The translations under genes and the position numbers were made by a program. Under the pieces are notes generated by a model. It ran no database searches. It saw only the letters and a list, made by a program, of their open reading frames with translations, and was not told the origin of the DNA. From Rhina ancylostomus (taxonomy: Eukaryota), in the NCBI GenBank assembly GCA_030265395.1, contig JARFYF010000001.1:100682778-100742983 (forward strand): a stretch of 60,206 nucleotides of DNA. The letters are read 5' to 3'. This document shows positions 48,503-60,206 of this stretch, piece after piece. The first letter of the stretch is position 1. Each line of letters opens with the position of its first letter.

Positions 48503-51500
48503 AAACATAAGAATGTAAGAAAAGAGGAGGAGTAGGCCAATAGGCCCCTCAGTGTGACCGTGGCTAAACTGCCCCAGGTCTCATCTCTTCTCTGCCAGTT
48601 CCTGTCACCCTGGATTCTTTGATCTTTCCACTTTATGAACCCCCAATGATCTGGTCTCCACAACCCTCCAGGGCAGAGTATTTGGGAGATTTGCCACTCT
48701 CTGAGAGAGTTCCAATGCAGTTCAATTTAAATGACCACTTCCTAATCTTGTAACCATGTCATCTTGTTGTGTAGAAACAAAACCCTGGCAAGCCCCCCAC
48801 AAGATCTTGTATGTTTCTATAAGATCACCCCTCATTCTTCTGAACTCCAAAGAATATAGATCTAATTTCTATAACTGCCCATGATAGAACAACGCTCATC
48901 CAGGGGATTTGGCTCGAGAATCTCTTTTGGACTGCCTGCAATGGTGGTATATCTTTTCCTAAGCAAGGATACCAAAACCGTGCCCATTAATCCAAGTGTA
49001 GCCTCACCAACACCCTGAACAATTGTAACAATACTTCTCTATTTCTAAACTTCAGCCCCCTTGCCATAAAGGCCAAAATGTCATTTGCCTTCCTGACCAC
49101 TTGCTTCAACTGCCTGCTAGCTTTTTGTGATTCACATTTCACTCATCTGCAATCTTTCTCCATTTAGGTAATAATCTGTCTTTGGATTTCTCTTACAAAA
49201 GTGCGTGACCTCACACTTTCCCACTTTAAACTCTCATTTGCCATGTTTTGGCCCACTCAACTTGCATATTTCCAGTCACATAGTGCTTATATTCTGATTG
49301 CAACATGCCCTCTCACCTATTTTTGAGTCATTGGCAAGTGATCAATACCTTGCATTCTGCCCCCTCCTCCAGATTGTTGGAATAAATCAGAAGTAATTGA
49401 GGATGAAGGACTGATACATGGAGAGCTCCATTAGTTACATCCTTCCAGCCTGAAAAGGACTATTTATTCCAACCATCTTCTCTGTGAAAATCAATCTTAA
49501 ATATATGCTAACACATTTCCCAAAATACCATCACCTTGTGCACCAGCCTTCTGTATGGCATCTTGTCAAATGTCTTCTGGAAATCCAAACACACTACATC
49601 AACAGGTTCTCCTCAATCAACTCTGCTTGTTACATCCTCGAAGAACTTTTGCAAATTTGTCAAAGTGATTTCCCTTTCATAAAGCCATGTTGACTTGATT
49701 TGATTAAATAAATTTCTCTCAATAACCAGCCATTTCTTCCTTGATTATAGACCCAGCATTTTGCCTACAGCAGATATTGAACTATCAGGACTACAGTTTT
49801 CCACTTTTATGTCTTCCTCCCTTCTCAAACAATGGAATCACATTTGTGGTTTTCTCATCCATTGGTACTTTCCCAGATCTCGGTGAGTTTTGAGAAACTT
49901 CAGCCAATGGCTTCACTGTTTCTGCAACTGCTTCCTTTAAGAACCTTGGGTGCAAACCATTTTGCAATACCTCGTCCACTGTGATAGTGATTGTTCCAAG
50001 TCCTTCCATACTATCCATTAAAGTCCATTAAATAGCTTTGGAATAATTGCAGTGTCCTCCACCAAAAAAATCTGATGCAAATTATTGATCTAACTTGTCT
50101 GCTGTTTCCTGTTACGAATTCTCTAGTCTTGCCCTCCAGGGGGCCTACACTTACCCTGGTTATCCTCTTCCTTCTTATATATTCATGGAACTTTGTTTGA
50201 TATTACTTGCTGGTTTTCTCTCAATCTATTTTCTGCCTGCTGCCGTTTCATGTAAAATTCCCAGACCTCAGGCTAACCAGCAGGCCCTTGCACTTTGTGT
50301 GCTCTAGTCCTTGATTTAGTGTTTTCCTCTGTCTCCTTTGATCATGGAAGGTTCATCTTTCTCCTGGAATCCCTCTTTCTAATTGGGATACATTTCAGCT
50401 GAACATAATGAACTTGCTGCTTAAATATCTGCCACTAATCATTCACTGACCTATTCAGCCTATTTACCCAGTCCATTCAAGACAACTCTACCTTCACACC
50501 ATTGTAATTGCTCTTATTTACGTTGATGACATTGGTTATGGACCCTGGGTATTAGCCTCAAACTGTATCCAGAATTCTACCACGTTGTGATTTCCTACTC
50601 TGTAACCTTACCACAACATCTTTTAAGAATCCTATCTCATTACACACGACTAAATCTAAGTTAGCCTGTTCCTGGGTAGCGTCTGAAATGTAGCAATAAT
50701 CCCTGATCCACTTCACAAATTCTTTTCCAGTTTGATTAGTCCAACCAACATGCAGATTAAAATCACCCATGATAATAGCAGTTACTTTCTTACATGCCTT
50801 TTAATATTTCCCCATTTATGCTTCTCCCTATCAAGGGCCTTTGGGCTATTCCCACCTATGTCTCCTTTCTCCTGCTATTCAATGTTTTCACCCAAACACA
50901 TTCCATTCACAATCCACTACATCTAAATCACTACTCACCATTGTGTTGATACCTTCCTCAGTTTACAATGCCACCCCATCTCTTTTACCTTTTTGCCTAT
51001 TCTTTTGATATCTTCAATAACCTGGAATATTGAGTTGCCAGTCCTAGTCACCATGCAATGACCTCTCTGCGATTGCTACTAGATCATGCCCGTGTTACAA
51101 TNNNNNNNNNNNNNNNNNNNNNNNNNNNNNNNNNNNNNNNNNNNNGTTACAAGTGCCAATTACTTTCAGATAAAGAGCCTTCAGTTTTGACTTTTCACTG
51201 TTTTTACTTACTCTAGGTTTACTCCCTGTCACGTAAGTTTTGTTTGTAGTTACTGCCCCTTCTTGCTATGCTTTGACTTTCCTGAATCACTAATCTCTCA
51301 TTTATTTTCAGTTTATCACATTTCCCATCACTTGAACCCTCCACACGGTTAAGATGAAGTCTATCCCAATAGATCTCCCTCCTCCCCCAGTGCCAGTGCC
51401 AGAATCCATTTCAATCACCAATCTTTGAGCCATGCATTTGCCTCTCTAATCTCATTTACTCCCTGCCAATTTGCATGTCTCTCAGATCATTATCCCCTTG

Positions 51501-52150
51501 TTGTTCTGCTTTTCAATTTTACTCCAAGCTGCTCATATTCCCTCAGTGGCACCTCCTTCCTAGTTCTACGTACTGTATATCGTTCGAGCACACATGGACA
51601 ATGGCAAGTGGATCCTCCCAGGTTCTTCAACCCAGAAGAAATATCCTTAACCCTGGCACTAGGCAACTGTCTTTGCTGCAGATTACAATGTCTGTTCTCC
51701 TCCTTATGCTGTTTCATTTTTTCTCCCCTGCCTCCCCCCCCCCAACAATGGCCCCCATGACAGTTTGCACATACGTCCTGCAGTCCCACCCTCGTCCATA
51801 TAGTGCCAGGACCTCATACCTGTTGGACAAAGGTAAGGGCTGAGGCTCCTACAAAACAATTCTCTGGTTCCCTCTACCTGCACCTTCTGCAGTTGTAATA
51901 TCTTGTCCCTGATTATTAACCAAATTCAAAATAGTTAATCTAATTGGTGTGACTGTCTCCGGGAACACCATGTCCAGGTAACTTACCCCTCCCTGACAGC
52001 GGAAGCTTTGACTCCAGCTCTTCAACCCTTAGCCGAAGTTCCTTGAGAAGCCACTGCTTGCTGCAGATGTAATCACAGTGAACCACAATGGGCTCCGCCA
52101 GTGCCCATGTATTGCAGTTGTATCACAATGCCTGCTCGGCCATTCCTGTT
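48503..52150 (-). mobile_element. Near full-span degenerate CR1 LINE: ORF1 (Zn finger + SGNH esterase) and ORF2 (APE endonuclease + RT)
   Basis: ORF1: DYICSK (about 52060-52076), LPSARVKDIS...EYEQLGVKLKSRT (51490-51789). ORF2: MGDFNLHVGW..ANLDLVVCNE (EN), GLHPRFLKE..NVIPLFEKGGR, DVVCLDFQKTFDK (RT). 3' end 'aacataagaatgtaagaaaagaggaggagtaggcc' at 48503. Confidence 0.92.
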
Positions 52151-52369
52151 CTATTTAAGTAATTAGGTAAGATTAATTTAGATTGGATTTAATTTTTTCA
52201 ACATGATACACTCCTTGGGTACAATAATATTCCCTGATTTAAATGTAAGGTATTCAGATAATGAGTTGAAGCATTTGCATCAATTGCACAGAACTATTAA
52301 TTGCAATGATACATTAGTCTACGTAACATATATTACAGAAGTTCTCTAATGTTTAAATGTTGAATATAC

Positions 52370-52489
52370 ATATAGAAACTTAGAAAAACTACAGCACAAT
52401 TCAGGCCCTTCGGCCCACAAAGCTGTGCTGAACCTGTCCCTACCCTAGAAATTACTACGCTTACCCATAGCCCTCTATTTTACTTAGCT
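52370..52489 (-). mobile_element. Young CR1 3' end abutting a gap
   Basis: 'atagaaacttagaaaaactacagcacaattcaggcccttcggcccacaaagctgtgctgaac'. Confidence 0.75.
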
Positions 52490-52897
52490 NNNNNNNNNNN
52501 NNNNNNNNNNNNNNNNNNNNNNNNNNNNNNNNNNNNNNNNNNNNNNNNNNNNNNNNNNNNNNNNNNNNNNNNNNNNNNNNNNNNNNNNNTGATCCAAATA
52601 GTTATAAAGTTCAATTATTGTTTGACAAAATGTAATCCAAAATGCCCTGATACTTGTAGGGCTTATTGGCAAACCATCAAATCACATCTCTGAATTATTT
52701 GGGGCTGAGTTATATATCCACTTAAAATCTTATGTGAGATTTATGAAGGATTTGTATTATGGTGCTTGATATGTGAAAGGAGATAAAAAATTTATCTCCA
52801 CAAGTCTGCTATCATAGTAACAATTTCAAAGATGGAAACAATCACTGTATGACTAGTATGAATAGAAAATATAAAAAATGAAAAATCGGCTGCAGTT

Positions 52898-53618
52898 TTG
52901 AGAATCAAATTTATTATCACTGACTTGTATGATGTGAAATTTGTTGTTCTGAGGCAGTAGCACAGTGCAAAGACATGAAAATTACTGTAAATTACAAAAT
53001 AAATAAAGTGTGCATAAACAAAATGGAAAATCGAGGTAGTGTTCATGGACCATTCAGAAATCTGATGGCGGAGGAGAAGAAGCTGTTCCTAAGTAGGTCT
53101 TAAGGCTCCTGTACCTCCTCCCCAATGATAGTAATGAGAAGAGGGCACGTCCTGGATGGTGAGAGTCCTTTGAGATGGATGCTGCTTTCTTGAGGCACCA
53201 CCTCTTGAAAATGTCCTCAGTGGTGGTGAGGGTTGTGCCCGTGATGGAGCTGGCTCAGTTGACAACCCACTGCGGCCTCTTTCGATGCTGTTCATTGGAG
53301 CCTCCATTCCAGGCTGTGCGGCAACCAATCAGAATGCTCTCCGCCATAGATCTATAGAAATTTGCGAGAGTCTTTAGCGATATACCAAATATCCTCAAAC
53401 TCCAAATGAAGTAGAGCTGCCAGTGTTTCTTCTTCTTGATTGCATCAATGTGTTGGGCCCAGGATAGATCCTCCGAGNNNNNNNNNNNNNNNNNNNNNNN
53501 NNNNNNNNNNNNNNNNNNNNNNNNNNNNNNNNNNNNNNNNNNNNNNNNNNNNNNNNAGTCTACAATCAATTGCTTGGTCTTGCTGACATTGAGTGTGAGG
53601 TCTGTGACCTTGTTGTTT
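52898..53618 (-). mobile_element. Rex1/Babar-clade LINE 3' portion
   Basis: LTLNVSKTKQLIVD...SEDLSWAQHIDAI...LANFYRSMAESILIGCRTAWNG (ORF 53255-53623); same family as 33590-34450. Confidence 0.9.
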
Positions 53619-54984
53619 GACACTGTTGTTCTCTGGAATATCTGCCATGGGTTTAGTCACAACCGAGCAAAGTGCAAACCCATCTGCTTTGAATAGGTGG
53701 GATGCAGTGTACACTTAGAGTGGTTGCACCACGCAGGACCTAGTCCATGTCATGCAGAAGCTTTCATAGGATCTTTGTGGTTGTGCTTACTTGTTGCTTC
53801 TCGTGACCTGGAGGCCTCACCATTGTGGCCATTCTGCAAGGTGGAGTAACCTGTGGGTAACGACTAGGCCTTGGACAGGACAGACAGAGGCCCAGCCTGG
53901 ATGGCCTCTGACCGCCCTGCTATCAGAAAGCCTCTTCCACAATCTAAATGTCTTTGGTCGTAATATAATCATGATATGAATCAGTGGAAATGCATTCAGA
54001 TTGCTTAAAATTTATTTTTAAAAACCTCCTTTATCAGATTCAACTAATCAAAATTCATTGAAAACTCTAATTCAAATCATGTTTAAAAACACTTGTTAAT
54101 AAAAATCAGTGATTCCATTCAAATCAATGGGATCTCTGTTATTCACCCTTCAGACTCATCAATTAGATGAGTTCTGGACCAGAAAGGGAGGTCAGATGCC
54201 AACCGGCATTAGGCAGTGGTTCTCTTGAGCCAGTGGATGACGTGACCCAGCCTATTGTAACTAATCCAAACATCAGCGCATCGAGACTAGGAGCTTTCAC
54301 TCAGGTGGACTTTTTAATGCAGTTCTCCCAATACGGGCATCACTTCAAAATGTTGCAAGTATAAGGTGTAGCTTATATTTGACCCATTTTAAACCTTCAT
54401 CACCTTTGGCATTAGTGTCGGAAGCAGTGTCGACCACAAAACTGGTCACAGTCCCAGAGTGAATTACTCACCTCTGGGTGTTTCAACTACCGTAGACCCT
54501 AGAAGAGGTTCTGCCTATCTCCTGGTTCTTTTGAGCATTGGGATATTAAAATGGTTTTCATTGTTTTAAAGACAATAGCAATGAAGCTAACTATTGTACC
54601 TCAATCTAATCGGGTGTTGGTTTTATGTATTTTCAAAAGTCATTTTCAGATTGGATTAGTCTCTGGTGATGTGATTTTAAAAATGCTTTTTATTTGTAAT
54701 GAAATATATTTTCACCTGCTTAAACCCAACTGCTCCAGATTACTGCTCTTAAATTTATTAAGTATTATTTTAAACTATTAAAATGTAACTTTCATTTTTA
54801 CAATGAAAGTTGCATTTTAGTAAATAGTTTAAACAGTTTAGGTGTAATGCCTGTCGAAATCACCCATTCTACCAAATACAGAAACTCTTGATACATGAGT
54901 ATTAATTTATAAGATGTCTTTACTATTAATCCACACTTATAGCCTGTGACCAGATCCTGAGCGATTTAACTATTCTAACTCACT

Positions 54985-55400
54985 GAGTTGTGGAGTTTGG
55001 AAATGGGTCATTCAGCCCACTGAATCCATGCCAACCGTCAACCACCATTTACACTTATCCCATTTGTTTCAGTTGTCCCACATCTCCATCAACTCCTCAC
55101 CAGCCCCTCCCCACCCAGAATCTCCCACTTACTTACACACAGTAGGGAGGAGGGGGAAGGATGAGCAACATAGAATCCGTGAGAGATAAAGCATGGAAAC
55201 GCGCCCTTTGACCTACCAAGTCCATGCAGACTATCAACCACCCATTTGCACTAACCCACTGGCCAATTAATCTGCCAGCCCGCGGGTTTCTAGGAGGAAC
55301 AGGAATACCCGGATGAAACATGCGTGGTGAAGGGAGAATGTGCCAATTCTACATGCAGCTCCTGAGATCAGGATTGAATCTGAGTCTCTGGCACTGTGAG
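54985..55400 (-). mobile_element. Two adjacent/nested V-SINE-like fragments
   Basis: Two CR1-type tails ('gaaatgggtcattcagcccactgaatccatgcc', 'gcatggaaacgcgccctttgacctaccaagtccatgc') plus antisense head 'caggattgaatctgagtctctggcactgtgag'. Confidence 0.7.
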
Positions 55401-56207
55401 CCAGGCCATGTTCAGACCAAGGCTGGATAACATACCACATTTCTGGGTAAATGCCTGTACTGGAGCAGCTTGGTAAGAAGCACAGCTCGTTCACAGAACA
55501 AGCCTTCAGTTTTAGATTTGGAATGATGTCTGATCCCATAGCCTTTACGTATTCAGTGCTCTCAGCCTTTTCTTAATATCATGTTGGGTGTATCAAATTG
55601 TCTGAAGGCTGATTTCTGTAATAGCGGATATTTTGGGAACAAGCTCCTAATTCTACTTCTTTCTACATCAGCATCTGGGGGAGAAAAGCATGTTCCCAAT
55701 TCGCTTCAATTTTCACCTTTTGATATTGCAACCATCCAGCGCAGTGATGTGAAACACATGGGTCACAGGTTGGGTCTGTCTTGTGCTTCCCGTCCCCATT
55801 GCCACACTCTCTCCTGTCTGGCCACTGTCCTGACTGTAGAGTTACCAACAGTCCTGTGTGATTTAGGAATTCCAGTATCTCAAAGGGAAATCAATAGCCC
55901 TGTTTGACATTGCTGGTTTCCCTATAAACCAACAGCGGCAAAAGGAGGCCCCAAATCCATAAAATGGGTGGTTGTGACGTGATCAGGCAGAAGCATGTCG
56001 GAATCTATAGAAGTCTTTTGGAGGCTGTAGCTGTAGACTGACAGGGGGCTCTCTTCCATCTTGGAGCCCACCCTGTGCCAAGTCCAGACCAGGGATCTGA
56101 CTGAACCTTGGTCTATGGATCCAGGGATAAGATGTCCAGGGACTACATTAGATCCAGATTCATTTTCTGAGCCCTCGTCCAGATACAGCTCATATCTAGC
56201 TCTGAAT

Positions 56208-56652
56208 TCAGGGGTACAGAATTGGTGGGCATGGTTTTGTCACTGACACTGGGCTGGGTACAGTTCAGTGTATTGCTGGGGTATGATAGTGCTGGTGCAG
56301 GTCTGTGTAACACGGGTACAGTAGTACTGGACACAGATCTGTGTAACACTGGGGTACAGTAGTGCTGGACACAGGTCTGTGTAACACTGGGGTACAGTAG
56401 TGCTGGACACAGGTCTGTGTAACATGGGTACAGTAGTGCTGGACACAGGTCTGTGTAACATGGGTACAGTAATGCAGGTCTGTATAACACTGTGGTACGG
56501 TCGTGCTGGGTATGCCTGGTTCTTAGAATACTGGGGTGCAGGGGTCGTAGCCCTGGACTTGTCACCTTAACACTGGAGTACAGTACTGTGGACACGTGTC
56601 CGACTTTGTAATGCAGGGTCTGTTATAGAATAACACTGGTGTACAGTACTGG
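56208..56652 (+). repeat. Minisatellite, core unit GGGGTACAGTAGTGCTGGACACAGGTCTGTGTAACACT (38 bp; 36-bp variants)
   Basis: Near-identical units start at 56351 and 56389, followed by 36-bp units; degenerate units on both flanks. Confidence 0.92.
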
Positions 56653-57437
56653 TTAGAGGTAGTGGTTACAAGTTCTCTTTGTAAAGAGTTATCAACAGGC
56701 AAAACATGTTAATGTCACAGTTATACATAGCAAATCATCTCTTGCATTTGTAGTCATTTTGGTATTTTCTATATATCACACTACAGATATTATCATTCAG
56801 CAGACCTGTTGCAAAGCCACGTTAGAATTGATTCTGCTACTGAGATGAATATGGAGCTAATGTGAATTTGGAGCTATTATCGATTTATATCTTTGTGAGT
56901 TGCTGTGAAAACCAAACATTTAAGACCATTTTTAAACCTATTGATGGATACGGTAGGAGAGTAAACACAATGGTCATTACTCTTAGCTGCGCAATAACTG
57001 TAAACGCAGAGCTACTCTTGAAAATCCACCAGCATTTTGATTCGCAATACACTGTTGTGATGATCTAGTCCCATATTTCCATGGTTTCAGCACCACAAGC
57101 ATGTTATAAATACACTTTATTTGGAAAATTGCTGTAATTTCATATAATTTGAGAAGCACTAAATACTTGTCGATCCTGTCTGAGGTTTAGTTGATGTGAA
57201 GGTTAGAGCAGATCAAGGAAAGAAAAAGAAACCTTCACTTCACCCATTTCCACACTGTCTGCTGCTGAATTCTGGCATTACCCAGAATGAAAGGCAGTAA
57301 TGATTATCTCTGCATCACTTCACAAATTCCATGGGGCAGGAACCACACCCCACTGCCTCCATTCCCTAACAATTACTACAATCCCCATTCCCTTCCCATG
57401 TAAGGTGCCATTCTGAATTTGTCCTCGTTTTTTCACG

Positions 57438-57454
57438 CCCCCCCCCCCCCCCCC
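57438..57454 (-). repeat. Poly(C)17 tract (G17 on minus strand, G-quadruplex potential)
   Basis: Direct observation. Confidence 0.8.
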
Positions 57455-57596
57455 ATAATGCTACCCCAGGGTACCTAGAGCTAAAAAGGAATAAATTTTC
57501 ATAATGATACCATATAGCATAAAAATGGTGTTTACCATACTTTTCTTTGTAAACAAAAAAATCAGTGCTTAGTTGCACATTCCTGAAACAATACAC

Positions 57597-59665
57597 AGCA
57601 AAAAACAAACTGCTGGAGGGACTCAGCAGGTCGAGCAGCGTCTGTGGGGGTCAAAGAATTGTTAGCATTTCAGACAGGGGAGAGACGGGGACTACTAGGT
57701 GATGGACTGCGGAGGGGTGAAGGATGGTGGGCAGAGGCTGGTGCTGATAGGTGGAAGCAGGCAAAGGGGTAAAACAAAAAGGGGCAGATGGAGCCAGGTG
57801 GAGACGGAGGCTGGAGGGTGATGATTGGGGAACACAAAGGGTACGAGTGCTGGATTCTGGTAAGTAACAAAGGTGAGAATGGAACCCATTGAAGGGAGAG
57901 ATGTGTGGATGGAACTAGATGGGGAAGGGGATGTGGTGGGCGAAGTGCATGGGTAATGGCTGGATGGAAGCTGGAGGGGGATGAAAATGGATAGTAGGGG
58001 GTATGGCAAAGGGAACAAAGATGGGAGGACTGGAGATGGATTGGAGGGAGAGAGAGTTAAGAGTAACCTGAAATTCAGTGTTCATACCATTGGGTTGGAG
58101 ACTACCCAAGTGGAATATGAGGTGCTGTTCTTNNNNNNNNNNGTCGGTGTGGGAATGGGAAGGGAAGTTGAAATGATGTGGAACCAGGAACTCAGGAAGG
58201 CCATTGTGGACGGAGTGCCATTGCTCTGCAAACCAGTTGCCTAGTCTGTGCGTGGTCTCGCCGTTATAGAGGAGGCCACATTGGGAGCACTAAATGCAGT
58301 GGATGAAGTTAGAGGAGGTGCATGTGAATCTTTGCTTCACTTGAAAGGGCTGTTTAGGCACCTGGATGGTGGTGGGAACAAATGTTGCACCTCCTGTGGT
58401 TGCAGGGGGAAATGCCAGGGGTCAGGGAGGGGGGGGCGGCGCGGTAAGAGTGGGCTAGGAGGTCACAAAGGTGAGAGCAGAAGTCTGGGAAATGGAAGAG
58501 AGGGCTCCATCAGTCACTAGTAAAATGGAAGCTGTGTTTGCTGAAAAAGGGGGACATTTTGTATGTCCTGGAGTGGAAGGCTTCATCTTGAGACCAGATG
58601 TGACACAGATGGAGAAATTGGGATAAAGGGTTGGCATCCTTAGAAGAGAGAGTGCAAAGAGGTGGAGTCTAGGAGCTGTGGGAGTTGGTGGTTTATAGTA
58701 AATGTCCATGGATAGTCCACAGTAGTGTAGTGGTTAGTGTAACGTTATTGCAGAGCCAGTGACCCGGGTTTAATTCTAGCCACTGTCTGTAAGGAGTTCG
58801 TATGTTCTCCCCATGTATCTGCGTGGGTTTCCTCCCAGTGCTCCGGTTTCCTCCCACATTCCAAAGACTTATGGGTTAGGAAGTTGTGAGCATGCTATGT
58901 TGGTGCCGGAAGCGTGGCGACACTTGCTGGCTGCCCCCAGAACACTCTACGCAAAGGATACATTTCATTGTGTGTTTCAATGTACATGTCACTAATAAAG
59001 ATATCTTATCCTACTTATCAAGATGGAGACAGAGAGATGTAGGAAAAGGAGAGAAGTGTCAGAAATAGTCCAAGTGAATTTGAGAGCAAGATGGAAGTTG
59101 GTAGTGAAGGTGATAAAACTGAGTTCTGCACTGGTGCAGGAAGTACCAATGCAGTTGTGTATGTAATAGAGAAAGAGCTGTGGAGTGGTATGAAAGAAGG
59201 TTCCATATAACTGGGTGTAGCTACAGACAGCTGCAGCTGGGGCCCATGTAAGATTACATGGCTACACCTCTGATTTGTAGGAAACAAAAGGAATCAAAAG
59301 AGAAGTTGTTCAGGGTAAAAAAAAACAACTTCTGCCAGGTAGACAAGAGTGTTGGTGGTGGCGAACTGGTTGGATCTTTGCTATAGAAGGAAGTGGAGCA
59401 CTTTAAGACATTCCTTATGGAGGATGGAGGAGTATAAAGACTGGACATCCATAGTGAAGATAAGGTTGTGGGGGCCAGAAAATTGGAAGTTGTCAAAGTG
59501 GTGGAGGGAATGCGAGGTGCCCCAGACGCAGATGGGAAAGGACTGGATAGAGACCGGATAGAGTCAAGGTATGAGAAGATAAGTTCAGTGGGGCTAGAGC
59601 AAGCAGAAACAATGGGTCTACTAGAACAGTCCTGTTAGTGGATCTTGGGTCAGAGAGAGAAGCAG
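57597..59665 (-). mobile_element. Penelope-like retroelement (RT + GIY-YIG endonuclease), degenerate, with terminal repeat
   Basis: Minus strand: TLNNFSFDSFCFLQIRGVAM (RT), MDIYYKP (thumb), TSSNFIHCI*CSQCGLLYNGETTHRLGNWFAEQ (GIY-YIG, 58220-58320); terminus 'ctgctggagggactcagcaggtcgagcagc' at 57611. Confidence 0.92.
58715..59018 (+). mobile_element. Full-length V-SINE with non-CR1 tail, nested in the PLE
   Basis: tRNA-like head 'cacagtagtgtagtggttag...ccgggtttaattc', V domain, tail 'gtacatgtcactaataaagatatcttatc'; PLE sequence continues on both sides. Confidence 0.9.
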
Positions 59666-60020
59666 GAATTGTGGGTTTTGGGCACTATCACTATGCTTAT
59701 TCTCATGTTTAGAATAAAAACAGATTCTAAGAGTCTTGTTTCTAATGAACCTGGTTTGAAAATGGTAACATGCCAAATTCTTGACATGGGTGTCAACAGA
59801 AGGACTGGAGAGTATGGATGTGGTAGTGCAGAGAATTCAGAATTGTTGTATGAGTGAACACGATGACTGCACCTTTGAATACCACATCCTTCCAACTGCT
59901 CCTCCAGTGTTAGATACTACACAATTCAACATCCTCCCATCCTTTACCAAACATCCAACCACTTGTACTGTGGATTTGTTCTGACAATCCATATCCTCCA
60001 TCCTCATTCACTTACCACTC

Positions 60021-60206
60021 AAGATACGATATCTTTATTAGTCACATGTACATTGAAACACACAGTGAAATACATCTTTTTGCATAAAGTGTTCTGGAGG
60101 CAGCCCACAAGTGTCTCCATACTTCCAGCGCCAACATAGCATGCCCACAACTTCCTAACCCATATGTCTTTGGAATGTGGGAGGAAACTGGAGCACCCGG
60201 AGGAAA
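60021..60206 (-). mobile_element. Second copy of the same V-SINE subfamily (runs off window)
   Basis: Reverse complement of about 58825-59010. Confidence 0.9.

Noticed and set aside
56143-56595. 150-aa repetitive ORF, and superficially CRISPR-like 36-38 bp periodicity
   Set aside because: Head-to-tail minisatellite without unique spacers; eukaryotic context, no cas genes

Overview
Eukaryotic, AT-rich, CpG-depleted vertebrate genomic DNA from a draft assembly with about 19 N-gaps. The repeat repertoire (CR1 LINEs with an esterase ORF1, Penelope-like elements with 'tgctgcctgacctgctgagt..ccagca' termini, Rex1/Babar, RTE, L2, V-SINE/HE1-like and Deu-domain SINEs, an ACAGTACTG/GGGGTACAG minisatellite) fits a cartilaginous fish (shark or ray); this taxon call is inference. 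I found no intact host protein-coding gene. Every recognisable peptide in the ORF track is a decayed retroelement protein, so the window is most likely a very large intron or gene desert with TE-poor stretches that may be regulatory. The most interesting signals are: (i) short fold-back Penelope-derived elements carrying minimal hammerhead-ribozyme cores; (ii) candidate recursive splice sites (polypyrimidine-YAG|GTRAG); (iii) CTCF-like motifs, one with the upstream module; (iv) unexplained 65-85 nt hairpins in TE-poor DNA; (v) SINE tail swapping and inverted SINE pairs. I do not see strong evidence for a wholly new biological system. All calls are by eye, repeat boundaries are approximate, and family names come from recall of consensus motifs rather than database searches.
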